From Clostridia bacterium (GTDB taxonomy: Bacteria > Bacillota > Clostridia > TANB77 > CAG-508): 64,000 nucleotides of DNA. Positions within the stretch are counted from its first letter, which is position 1, and every line of letters starts with the position of its first letter. The notes beneath the pieces were generated by a model. That model was not told the DNA's origin. It did no database searches and saw only the letters and a program-made list of their open reading frames with translations. The DNA is taken from assembly GCA_017512025.1 (NCBI GenBank), contig JAFWHH010000008.1, forward strand, positions 258,606-322,605. Reading direction: 5' to 3'. Both the position numbers and the translations under genes were made by a program. Shown one piece after another: positions 1 to 10,982 of the stretch.

Positions 1-550
1 ATTCAACACCTTTAACATCATCTGATGTATATACTCTCATCTCTTTACTCATAAATAAATCTTGTACATAATTTCTTACATATTCATCTTCAGAAGCACT
101 TACTAAAACTGTTGGCATTCCAACAGAAACTTCTTCAGCGTGGCTTGGTCCAGATAATGCACCAATCTTAGCTCCTGGAATTTCTTCTTCAATAACATCT
201 GTTAATATAGAAAGTGTTGATAGCTCAAGTCCCTTTGAACAAACAATTATTGGTTGTTTTTCTACATCAACAAACTCTTTATATTGTTTAACAATATTTC
301 TTGTAAATTTAGATGGTGTAACATGTAATATTATATCCGTTCCATCAATTGTTTCCTTGTAATCTAAGTAACATGAAATATTATCTGGAATTGTAATATT
401 TGGTAAAAATTTACATTTCTTTTCATTGTTAATTAGGTCAGCCTCTTCCTTCTCAAAAGACCAAATCTTTACATTATTTCCTAATCTTGCTAAATGCATT
501 CCAAGGGCTACTCCCCAACTTCCACTTCCAATTATCGCTATATTTTTCAT
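1..550 (-). CDS. gpsA: NAD(P)H-dependent glycerol-3-phosphate dehydrogenase, N-terminal part (gene runs off the window start)
   Basis: Own translation from ATG (complement 548-550): MKNIAIIGSGSWGVALGMHLA... with Rossmann GxGxxG and ...ALSGPSHAEEV. Sits next to plsY and der, as is usual in Firmicutes. Confidence 0.85.
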   Translation of the reverse strand, partial: MKNIAIIGSGSWGVALGMHLARLGNNVKIWSFEKEEADLINNEKKCKFLPNITIPDNISCYLDYKETIDGTDIILHVTPSKFTRNIVKQYKEFVDVEKQPIIVCSKGLELSTLSILTDVIEEEIPGAKIGALSGPSHAEEVSVGMPTVLVSASEDEYVRNYVQDLFMSKEMRVYTSDDVKGVE

Positions 551-619
551 AATAAAAACTTCCTTTCTTAAACAAGAAATGTAAGACCCACTATGAGCCT
601 TACATTTAATCTATTTATA

Positions 620-1246
620 TTAACTTTTTTGGCCAAGTCTATGCTCTTCACCGTTGTATATTCTCTTAATGTTGGCTCTATGATTGAATATGACAATTGC
701 AGCCATAACAATACCAAATATAATATAGTTACCTTTTACTATATAGTTTTCTGTAATGAATATAGTTAATATTGGAAATAGAATTGCTGTAAGAACTGAA
801 CCTAAAGATACCATTCTTGTTAAAATCATGATAACAAGTCCAAATACTAAACAGATTAATCCAATTTGCCAATTTACTAATAGAAGTATTCCTAAAGATG
901 TAGCAACACCTTTTCCACCTCTAAATCCAAAATATACAGGGAATGTATGTCCAATAACAACAAATACACCAGCTACTTGAACTAATATTTCTCTTTTAAC
1001 ACTATCATCTGCAATTTTTCCAATTCCAATTGCTAAAAGAATTGTAACTACACCTTTTAAAATATCGCAAACTAATGTTAAAGCAGCAGGACCTTTTCCG
1101 ACACTTCTAAGCATGTTTGTTGATCCAGCATTACCGCTTCCTTTTTCTCTTACATCAAATCCAGCAAATTTCTTACTAAATATTACTGAAAAATTTACAC
1201 TTCCTATTAAATATGCAACTATTGCCATTAATATATATACTGCCAT
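620..1246 (-). CDS. plsY: Glycerol-3-phosphate acyltransferase PlsY
   Basis: 208 aa polytopic membrane protein with the PlsY signature GSGNAGSTN. Conserved gpsA-plsY-der context. Confidence 0.9.
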   Translation of the reverse strand: MAVYILMAIVAYLIGSVNFSVIFSKKFAGFDVREKGSGNAGSTNMLRSVGKGPAALTLVCDILKGVVTILLAIGIGKIADDSVKREILVQVAGVFVVIGHTFPVYFGFRGGKGVATSLGILLLVNWQIGLICLVFGLVIMILTRMVSLGSVLTAILFPILTIFITENYIVKGNYIIFGIVMAAIVIFNHRANIKRIYNGEEHRLGQKS

Positions 1247-1266
1247 AATATCACTCCTTCTTTCGT

Positions 1267-2593
1267 TTATTCTTTATCTTCTTTTTCTCTTACCATCATT
1301 CTAATTGGTGAACCCATTAAACCAAATTCTTTTCGTAATTGATTAACCAAATATCTTTCATAAGAGAAATGGAATAACTTTTTATCATTAACAAAAACAA
1401 CAAATGTTGGTGGTTTTGTTGATGCTTGAGTCATGTAGAATATCTTTAATCTCTTTCCTTTATCAGTTGGTGGTTGAACAATTGCAATTGCTTCATTAAG
1501 TACTTGATTTAGTACTGCTGTTGAAACTCTTAATGCATTTTGACTAGCAACAACATTAATTAATTCATACAATTTATCAACTCTTTGTCCAGTTTTAGCT
1601 GAGATAAAGATAACTGGTGCATATGATAAATAAGATAACTTATCATAAATTTCCTTTTTGTATTTCTCTGTTGTATTAGTATCTTTTTCATATTCATCCC
1701 ATTTATTAACAGCTATAATAACACCTTTACCAGCCTCGTGAGCCTCTCCTGCAATCTTTGCATCTTGATCTGTAACACCTTCATTGGCATCTATCATAAA
1801 TACACATACATCAGCTCTTTCAATTGCTAATTGTGTTCTCATAACACTATAACGCTCTAGATTCTCTGTTACTTTGCTCTTTCTTCTGATACCTGCTGTA
1901 TCAATAAGAACATATTTACCATATTGATTTTCAAATTCAGAATCAATAGCATCTCTTGTTGTACCTGCTATATTACTAACAATAACTCTATTTTCTCCTA
2001 AAATTTTATTAACTAAAGATGACTTACCAACGTTTGGCTTACCAATAAAAGCAACCTTTATAACATCACTTTCATCTTGCTCTTCGTCATTTTTAGGTAA
2101 TAATTCGTATATTGCATCTAATGCATCACCAATACCAATTGCATTCTTTGCTGATATTGGAAATGGATCACCAAGTCCTAAGTTATAAAACTCATATATA
2201 TCATCAGATGTCTTACCAAAATTATCAGCTTTATTACATATAAGAACTATTGGTTTCTTAGATTTTCTAAGCATCATTGCAATTTCACTATCGGCACTTG
2301 TAATACCAGCTTTAAAATCAGTAACAAACACTATTACATCAGCCATACTAATTGCTAAGTCTGCTTGCTCTCTCATTTGAGAAATAATAATATCATCAGA
2401 CTCTGGTTCAATACCACCCGTGTCAATAACAGTAAAATCCATTCCTCGCCAGTTTGCTTCTGCATATATTCTATCTCTTGTAACGCCCGGTGTATCTTCA
2501 ACAATAGAAATACGTTTTCCGGACAATGTAATTAAAGAATGTTGATTTACCAACGTTTGGTCTACCAACAATTGCAACTACTGGTTTTGACAT
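1267..2593 (-). CDS. der: Ribosome-associated GTPase Der/EngA, reading frame broken by an apparent 1-nt insertion near 2523
   Basis: ATG at complement 2591-2593 gives [23 protein letters not shown], then a frame change. The long ORF 1267-2577 continues [20 protein letters not shown]... and contains the second GTPase domain (GKPNVGKSS) and a KH-like C-terminus. Removing one base restores [13 protein letters not shown]. Confidence 0.85.
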
Positions 2594-2652
2594 TTCTTCC
2601 TCCTTATTAATTTTTTTCTTATTCTATAACAAATTATCTCATTAGTCAATTT

Positions 2653-3210
2653 TTATCTATAGTAGCTGTATAGCATCCCATTGCTTATTTCACTTGAGTT
2701 TCCGCCTAATACATCTACCAGCTTAAAAGCAAATTCAAAAGCTGTAGCTGGACCTCTACTTGTAATTAGATTATTGTCTTGAACAACTGCATCTTCCATA
2801 TATACAGAATCAGACAAATATCCGTCCATTCCTGGATAAGAAGTAACTTTTCTTCCTACTCCAATACCTGCTCTTGATAATACTAAAGATGGAGCTGCAC
2901 AAATAGCACCAATATACTTTCCTTGATTATCAAAATCTCTTACAATATTAAGTACTTTCTCGCTTTCAGCTAAAAATTTAGCTCCTGGCATACCTCCTGG
3001 TAGAACAATCATGTCGTATTCAGAAAAATTACCACACTGAGAAAAAACTTTATCAGCTAACACACATACTTCATGTGTACTTCTAACTACGTTGTTTTCC
3101 TTTATGCTAACTAAATCACAAATGAATCCTGCTCTACTAAAAACATCCTTTGGAGTAAGAGCTTCTACTTCCTCAAATCCATCAGCTAATAAAATTGCTA
3201 TTTTTTTCAT
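2653..3210 (-). CDS. DJ-1/PfpI family protein
   Basis: 185 aa. MKKIAILLADGFEEVE... and the nucleophile elbow AICAAP are typical of the DJ-1/ThiJ/PfpI family. Confidence 0.8.
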   Translation of the reverse strand: MKKIAILLADGFEEVEALTPKDVFSRAGFICDLVSIKENNVVRSTHEVCVLADKVFSQCGNFSEYDMIVLPGGMPGAKFLAESEKVLNIVRDFDNQGKYIGAICAAPSLVLSRAGIGVGRKVTSYPGMDGYLSDSVYMEDAVVQDNNLITSRGPATAFEFAFKLVDVLGGNSSEISNGMLYSYYR

Positions 3211-3334
3211 TTAACCAACTCCTTTTACAAAAATATTATATACTATTTTTTTATATAAAGATATTTTAATAAGAAATTAATTAAACTTTTTATCCCCATA
3301 AAACAAAAAAAGCAGCATTTACATGCTGATTTTC

Positions 3335-3526
3335 TTATTCTTGGTTGTCACTTTGTACGTTAACAACTTTTTCTCCATCATAATATCCGCAAGCAGGACA
3401 TGCTCTGTGTTGTTGCATTAATTCATGACAATGTGGACATTCAACTAAATTTCTTGCTTTTAAAGTCCATGTAGATCTCTTTAAATGAGTTCTTGCTTTT
3501 GACCATCTTCTTTTTGGTTGTGCCAT
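3335..3526 (-). CDS. rpmF: 50S ribosomal protein L32
   Basis: MAQPKRRWSKARTH... plus a CxxC...CxxC zinc ribbon. RBS AAGGAGGG lies upstream of this ATG, so the longer ORF-track start at 3547 is unlikely. Hairpin terminator near 3310-3330. Confidence 0.85.
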   Translation of the reverse strand: MAQPKRRWSKARTHLKRSTWTLKARNLVECPHCHELMQQHRACPACGYYDGEKVVNVQSDNQE

Positions 3527-3706
3527 TTCTATTCCCTCCTTTGCCAATTAGTATGTATCTATATCATATACTAATGTATTGACGTTTTTAAATATCACTT
3601 TAAGAGTATACTAGTTTTTTGGCTTTTTGTCAACAAAAATTTCAAATAAATGTTATAACTACGTTTTTTTCATAACATCATAAAAGTTCTAAAAATACAG
3701 AAAGAC

Positions 3707-3735
3707 TTTACATAATTTGTATATTGTGCTATAAT
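3707..3735 (+). promoter_or_regulatory. Sigma-70-type promoter of island A (TTTACA-17-TATAAT)
   Basis: TTTACA at 3707-3712, 17-nt spacer, TATAAT at 3730-3735, about 70 nt upstream of the 3809 start. Confidence 0.55.
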
Positions 3736-3808
3736 AATCTTGTAACGCCAAATGCAGGGTGTTATTCGCATACTTTCAGTATGACTTTATTGAAAGGAGT
3801 GATACTTA

Positions 3809-4045
3809 ATGCTGTACGTCTGGTTAGCAGTGCTGTCGGTATTGGTCATCGTATTGATGCTGACAGATTCAAAGCAGATCAAGAAGGCAGCGTGTAGCGC
3901 TGGCGGTCTCGTTATCGCCATTAGTGCGTTTGTGCATTTCTTCCAAGAGTGCACATTCACCGGCCCGGTGATTTCACTGGCTGGTTGCACCGTTGCCGTT
4001 ATTGGTATGACGGCTCTCACAGTCTACCTCTTCGTCAAGAAGTGA
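3809..4045 (+). CDS. Island A: small Cys-containing membrane protein (78 aa, about 3 predicted TM segments), unknown function
   Basis: RBS AAAGGAG lies 8 nt upstream. The sequence is hydrophobic (MLYVWLAVLSVLVIVLML..., GGLVIAISAFVHFF, VAVIGMTALTVYLF). GC is about 47% (28/60 counted over the first 60 nt) against AT-rich flanks. A G5...C5 hairpin plus T8 lies at about 4079-4137. Confidence 0.6.
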   Translation: MLYVWLAVLSVLVIVLMLTDSKQIKKAACSAGGLVIAISAFVHFFQECTFTGPVISLAGCTVAVIGMTALTVYLFVKK

Positions 4046-4207
4046 GTGGATTGATGAGCATTAAGTTATCCGAACACAGGGGGTCTTGCATTAAGAATGT
4101 CTGGTGAAATATCCAGTCTCTTCCCCCTTTTTTTTATGTCAAAATAAATTTATATATATTATTAAGTATTAAAAGCTATCTATTTTCGTAGATAGCTTTT
4201 TTGGTAT

Positions 4208-4242
4208 AAAAAAAGAGGAATGTGCATCACACATTCCCCTCT
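4208..4242 (-). terminator. Rho-independent terminator of island B gene
   Basis: Minus strand reads GAGGGGAATGTG-TGATG-CACATTCCTC followed by T7. Confidence 0.75.
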
Positions 4243-4255
4243 CATGGATATCTCA

Positions 4256-4693
4256 TCATGGTTCCATAATGTCCTCCTCGACATTTTTGTCTTTTTCCTG
4301 ATCAGGAACATATCGAAAGATTATGGTGTTTGGTCTCTTACGAACTCGCAATTTATTTTGAGTTTTCCGAAAACCAGCCTTGCGGACAGTTGAGAACAGC
4401 TTGGCATTCCTTTCTTGTGCTGGAACACCAATTTCAGCTAAGATACCCCTTTGCTCGTAAATCCACTGGGACAATTGATTGAGTGCTTCAACAACTGTCT
4501 CTTGATTTACGACCTTTTTGGCTCCTCGTTTCTCACGTATAATCGATAAGTACATCTTACCATTTTGCTGTACATGAATAACTGCAATCCACTTTTCGTC
4601 CTTTGGACTTAGTGTCCACAGCTCTTCACCGTACCCATCGACATGAGTCCGAGTAATCGCCCAGTTTTCATTGTTAATTCTGGGCTTTTCCAT
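4256..4693 (-). CDS. Island B: hypothetical 145-aa protein with a basic C-terminal region
   Basis: RBS AAAGGAGGG lies 6 nt before the ATG at complement 4691-4693 (MEKPRINNENWAI...). GC-rich relative to flanks. No family recognised. Confidence 0.6.
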   Translation of the reverse strand: MEKPRINNENWAITRTHVDGYGEELWTLSPKDEKWIAVIHVQQNGKMYLSIIREKRGAKKVVNQETVVEALNQLSQWIYEQRGILAEIGVPAQERNAKLFSTVRKAGFRKTQNKLRVRKRPNTIIFRYVPDQEKDKNVEEDIMEP

Positions 4694-4828
4694 GCTCTTC
4701 CCTCCTTTCAAGGAAAGTTCATCTTATTATATCATATATTATGTAAATTTGAAAGCTTTTTATTAAAAATTATCATTTTTTTAGAAATACAGCATATTAT
4801 ATATAAATTACTATGCTGAGGTGTTTTT

Positions 4829-6676
4829 ATGTGTGGATTTACTGGATTTTGTAATTTAAAGAAAAAAATAACTTCTAAAGATAATATTTATAATATGAAT
4901 AGTAGTCTTTCCTATCGTGGACCAGATGATAGTGGTTATTACTATGAAGAAAATGTAGTTCTTGGGCACAATAGATTAGCTGTCGTTGATCCTGCTGGTG
5001 GTATACAACCAATGACCGAAAGAATCTCTGATAATACATATACAATCGTCTATAATGGACAAATATATAATACAAATGAAATTCGTGAGGAGCTTATTCA
5101 AAATGGATTTAAATTTACTACCAAATCAGACACGGAAGTGTTACTAAAAGGATATATATTCTGGAAAAAAGAAATCGTAAATAAAATAAATGGAATATTT
5201 GCTTTTGCAGTATGGGATAGCTCCACTAAAGAATTATTCTTAGCTAGAGATCATTTTGGTGTTAAACCACTATTTTATACCATTATTGATAATACATTGG
5301 TCTTTGCATCAGAAATAAAAGCTCTATTTAAGTATCCTGGTATAAGTCCTATTCTTGATGAACAAAGCATAGCAGAGCTATTTGGTATTGGTCCTGCCAG
5401 AACAAGCGGTACTGCTGTTTTTAAAAATATATATGAGTTGAAGCCAGCAAGTTTTGCAATATTTAATGAATCAGGTTTTCACGTAGAAAAATATTGGAAA
5501 CTTCATTCAAAACCACATACTGATAGCTTAAATCAAACAGCTGATAAAATTAGATTTTTATTAAAAGATTCAATCGAAAGACAACTCGTTTCTGATGTTC
5601 CTTTGTGTGTATTTCTATCTGGTGGTCTAGATTCAAGTATAATTGCCCATTATGCATCTAATAATTATAAAAACAACCATAAGGGACAGCTAAATACTTT
5701 TTCAGTTGATTATATAGATAATGATAAAAACTTTCAGAAAACAGATTTTCAGCCTAATTCAGATAAGTATTATATAAATATCATGTCATCAAAATTAAAT
5801 ACTAATCATCAAACTATATTTTTAGATACCCCTGATTTAGCAAATGCTCTTGAAGATGCAATGCTTGCTCGTGATTATCCAGGTATGGCTGATGTTGATT
5901 CTTCCTTACTTTTATTTTGTAAAGAAGTTAAGAAATATTCAACAGTTTCTCTAACTGGTGAATGTGCTGATGAAATTTTTGGAGGTTATCCATGGTTCTT
6001 TAGAGCTGATAGCTTAAATAGTAAAACATTCCCATGGTCTATTGCAATTGAAGAAAGACAAAATCTTTTAAATTCATCTATCTCTCAAGAAATAAATCTT
6101 AGAGAATATATTGATTATAGATATTTAGAGTCTTTAAAAGAAGTAGAAATATTAGATTCAGATTCAATGGAAACAGCAGAAAAAAGAAAGATTTCCTATC
6201 TTACTCTTAACTGGTTTATGCAAACACTTCTTGATAGGTCAGATAGAATGGCTATGTATAACGGATTTGAAATTAGAGTTCCATTTTGTGATTATAAATT
6301 AGCAGAATACGTATGGAACATTCCATGGGAAATGAAAGCTCTGGGTGGTCGTGAAAAAGGACTACTTCGATATGCCATGAAAGATATTCTTCCTGATGAA
6401 ATAGTTGAACGTAAAAAAAGTCCATATCCTAAAACATGGAATCCAACTTATACAGACTGTGTTAAAAATAAATTATTGGAGATTATGAATAAAGAAAACT
6501 CACCAATTAATTCTTTATTAAATAAAGATAAAATATTAGAAATAATAAATACAAATGGAAAGTCTTTTACAAGACCATGGTTTGGTCAATTAATGACTGG
6601 TCCACAACTTATGGCGTATCTTTGCCAAGTAAATATGTGGCTTGAACATTATAATCCTAGAATTGAACTATCCTAA
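4829..6676 (+). CDS. asnB: Asparagine synthase (glutamine-hydrolysing)
   Basis: N-terminal MCGF (Ntn Cys2) and the SGGLDSS PP-loop. 615 aa. Confidence 0.9.
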   Translation: MCGFTGFCNLKKKITSKDNIYNMNSSLSYRGPDDSGYYYEENVVLGHNRLAVVDPAGGIQPMTERISDNTYTIVYNGQIYNTNEIREELIQNGFKFTTKSDTEVLLKGYIFWKKEIVNKINGIFAFAVWDSSTKELFLARDHFGVKPLFYTIIDNTLVFASEIKALFKYPGISPILDEQSIAELFGIGPARTSGTAVFKNIYELKPASFAIFNESGFHVEKYWKLHSKPHTDSLNQTADKIRFLLKDSIERQLVSDVPLCVFLSGGLDSSIIAHYASNNYKNNHKGQLNTFSVDYIDNDKNFQKTDFQPNSDKYYINIMSSKLNTNHQTIFLDTPDLANALEDAMLARDYPGMADVDSSLLLFCKEVKKYSTVSLTGECADEIFGGYPWFFRADSLNSKTFPWSIAIEERQNLLNSSISQEINLREYIDYRYLESLKEVEILDSDSMETAEKRKISYLTLNWFMQTLLDRSDRMAMYNGFEIRVPFCDYKLAEYVWNIPWEMKALGGREKGLLRYAMKDILPDEIVERKKSPYPKTWNPTYTDCVKNKLLEIMNKENSPINSLLNKDKILEIINTNGKSFTRPWFGQLMTGPQLMAYLCQVNMWLEHYNPRIELS

Positions 6677-6713
6677 AACTAGCTGAGGGGAACCCAGCTA
6701 TGCTAGATTCCCC

Positions 6714-6908
6714 TCATTTTGAAAGCTTATCAATTTCATTTTTCAGCTTTGTAATTTTTCGAATATAGTCGTTCAGAATCCTTCTGTGTTCAGGATTTTC
6801 TGTCTGAGAACTGTTTTCGAGAAAGAGATCAAACTTTGCTTGAAGTTCATTGAGCTGAGCTTTCAAAATTGCTATTCTTTTTTCGTCTATGTTCCGCTTC
6901 TTTCTCAT
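6714..6908 (-). CDS. Island C: 64-aa predicted coiled-coil protein, unknown function
   Basis: RBS AAAGGAGG lies 7 nt before the ATG at complement 6906-6908 (MRKKRNIDEKRIAILKAQLNELQAKF...). The longer ORF-track start at 7025 would run through the promoter and leader. Confidence 0.5.
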   Translation of the reverse strand: MRKKRNIDEKRIAILKAQLNELQAKFDLFLENSSQTENPEHRRILNDYIRKITKLKNEIDKLSK

Positions 6909-6996
6909 ACAGAAACCTCCTTTATGAGAATCACGGTAAGCCCTGAGCAAGAGCTTAGTTATACCCTGGCAGGTGCTCGTCCTCCTGCAGTTATTG

Positions 6997-7025
6997 ATTA
7001 TACTACGTTTTGAGCGTTTTTTCAA
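6997..7025 (-). promoter_or_regulatory. Promoter of island C (TTGAAA-17-TATAAT on minus strand)
   Basis: Minus strand reads TTGAAA (7025-7020), 17-nt spacer, TATAAT (7002-6997). It is followed by a GC-rich leader of about 85 nt. Confidence 0.5.
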
Positions 7026-7040
7026 TGTTATTTTGTGAAT

Positions 7041-7580
7041 TTATGCTTCTTCAGCTGGTGGATTAATAATATTTTGAATATCTTCGTCATTTTTTATCTC
7101 ATCAGCAACATATTCAAAAGCCTTTTTATTCTGCTTGATTGCAGCAATCGCTACATCTTTATCAGCTCTCAATCTATGGCTTGCATACTTTAGAATAATC
7201 GCCTTATTTGATACTGCAGCAAGTACCACATCTTTATCATCTCTTAGCTTTTGGCTTGCATAATAAAGTACTTGTCCATCTCTTTCAGCGGCCTTTAATA
7301 CCACATCTTTATCATCTTGAAGCTCTTCACTTGCATAGCAAAGAACCCACCCTTTTACTTCAACAGCAGCTAACAATATATCTTTATCATTCTTTAATTC
7401 ATCGCTTGCAAATTCTAAAGCTCCGCCATCACATTTAACAGCTTCCATTACAAGCTCTTTATCATTTTTAAGTTCATCTGATGCCCACTCTAGAGCTAAT
7501 CCATCTTTTTTTACATACTCAAGCATCTTTTCTCTATCGCTTGCAAATTGTTTTACTTCTTCTATTTCTGATTCTTCCAA
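7041..7580 (-). CDS. DUF4116-type repeat protein
   Basis: Five to six tandem units of about 30 aa of the form A(S/D)xxL(K/R/Q)(N/D)DK(D/E)(V/I)VL(A/K)AV..(D/N)G..L.YAS, which I recognise as the DUF4116 repeat. Confidence 0.65.
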   Translation of the reverse strand: MEESEIEEVKQFASDREKMLEYVKKDGLALEWASDELKNDKELVMEAVKCDGGALEFASDELKNDKDILLAAVEVKGWVLCYASEELQDDKDVVLKAAERDGQVLYYASQKLRDDKDVVLAAVSNKAIILKYASHRLRADKDVAIAAIKQNKKAFEYVADEIKNDEDIQNIINPPAEEA

Positions 7581-7660
7581 TTTATCTCACCCAATATATC
7601 TATATCACAAAATAAAAAAAAGTACAAAAGAATTTGCACTTTTGTACTTTTTTTATTAAA

Positions 7661-8050
7661 TTAGTCGTCAATATCGAATCCCATTGATTTAGCAAATTTT
7701 TCAATATAATCTCTATCGATATCATCAAGATCTTGATCTAATTCTTTAGCAAGATCTTTTCCTTTAATTGTTACAGTAACTTTTTTACCGCTCTTTTTTA
7801 CTTTTCCAACATCTTCGTATGTATCTTTAGCACTATCATATGCATCTTTTGCCTCATCTTTGTCTTTATATGTTGCTGTCATAGTCATTGTTTTTAATCT
7901 GTCTTTGCTATCAAATGTAGCAACTAATTTTACTTTATAGTCGTCTTCTTTTATAGTTCCAACTAATTTCTTTCCTCCACATCCTGTTAATGCTAATAAT
8001 GCCATAACTACTATAGCTATTAGACTAGTAATTTTTAATAATTTTTTCAT
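7661..8050 (-). CDS. Lipoprotein, paralog 1
   Basis: Signal peptide with lipobox LTGC. Roughly half of positions look identical by eye to the neighbouring ORF 8170-8559. Confidence 0.75.
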   Translation of the reverse strand: MKKLLKITSLIAIVVMALLALTGCGGKKLVGTIKEDDYKVKLVATFDSKDRLKTMTMTATYKDKDEAKDAYDSAKDTYEDVGKVKKSGKKVTVTIKGKDLAKELDQDLDDIDRDYIEKFAKSMGFDIDD

Positions 8051-8169
8051 AGTAAAAAAACCTCCTTATATTTTATACACTTATTATACAAAAAAATAAA
8101 ATAAATGCAAATATATTCTATAAAAAAAGCACAAAAGAATTTACACTTTTGTACCTTTTAATTTTAAAA

Positions 8170-8559
8170 TTAGTCTTCGATATCATATCCCATGAATTTT
8201 AATAATTGTTTCATGTTATCTTTAGTAAGTTCATCTTCATCAGCTCCAGTTTGTTTAGCAAAATCTTTTGCTTTAACTGTAACTGTGATTTTCTTACCAC
8301 TTCTCTTAATCTTATATCCTTCAGCATCTTGATCTTTCATCTCTTTGTATGCATCTTTTGCATCACTAGCTGAATCATAAGTATATGTAATTACTAATTT
8401 TGTTAATTTATCATCTTTATTGAATGATGCAACAACTTTAGATTTGTTACCATCTTCCTCCATAGTACCAACTAATTTGTTTCCACCACATCCTGTTAAA
8501 GCTAATATTAACATAGCAACTACAGCTATAAGACTAGCAATTTTTAATAGTTTCTTCAT
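8170..8559 (-). CDS. Lipoprotein, paralog 2
   Basis: Start set at MKKLLKIASL (RBS GGGAGGGGG 8 nt upstream), which parallels the paralog 1 start. Lipobox LTGC. Confidence 0.75.
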   Translation of the reverse strand: MKKLLKIASLIAVVAMLILALTGCGGNKLVGTMEEDGNKSKVVASFNKDDKLTKLVITYTYDSASDAKDAYKEMKDQDAEGYKIKRSGKKITVTVKAKDFAKQTGADEDELTKDNMKQLLKFMGYDIED

Positions 8560-8629
8560 TCGTTTCACCCCCTCCCTGTTTATTATAAATATAAATTATA
8601 ATAAATCAAATACATTATATACAAAATAA

Positions 8630-8869
8630 TTAAACACAGTCAACTTTATATTCGAAATCTTCCATGAAAGGAAACATCTCAAATATTCTTTTATGTGTAA
8701 CGATTTGCATTCTTGGTTGAGGATTCTTTGGATGCTCTGTTATAAGTTTTTGTGTATAACTATTTTCTGATGTCTTAAACACAACATATCTATTTCTTAC
8801 GTATGTAAAAAATATCTGATATCCATTATCTAAGTCTCTTTCAAATTTTTCAAAAGTATAATCGTTCAT
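8630..8869 (-). CDS. Hypothetical 79-aa protein
   Basis: ORF with host-like AT-rich composition, directly upstream of ligA. No family recognised. Confidence 0.45.
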   Translation of the reverse strand: MNDYTFEKFERDLDNGYQIFFTYVRNRYVVFKTSENSYTQKLITEHPKNPQPRMQIVTHKRIFEMFPFMEDFEYKVDCV

Positions 8870-8881
8870 GTCTTCACCCTT

Positions 8882-10882
<2,001 letters not shown>

Positions 10883-10982
10883 TTATCCTCTTTTCTATCG
10901 TATAAATAAAAAATACCACAAGGAAATAATTATAAATTTCCTTGTGGTTATTCTATCATCAAATTAATAAATTATCTACAAT

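Noticed and set aside
3787-4020. 77-aa minus-strand ORF opposite the island A gene
   Set aside because: It has no RBS. The plus-strand ORF has an RBS, a promoter, a terminator and a coherent TM pattern.
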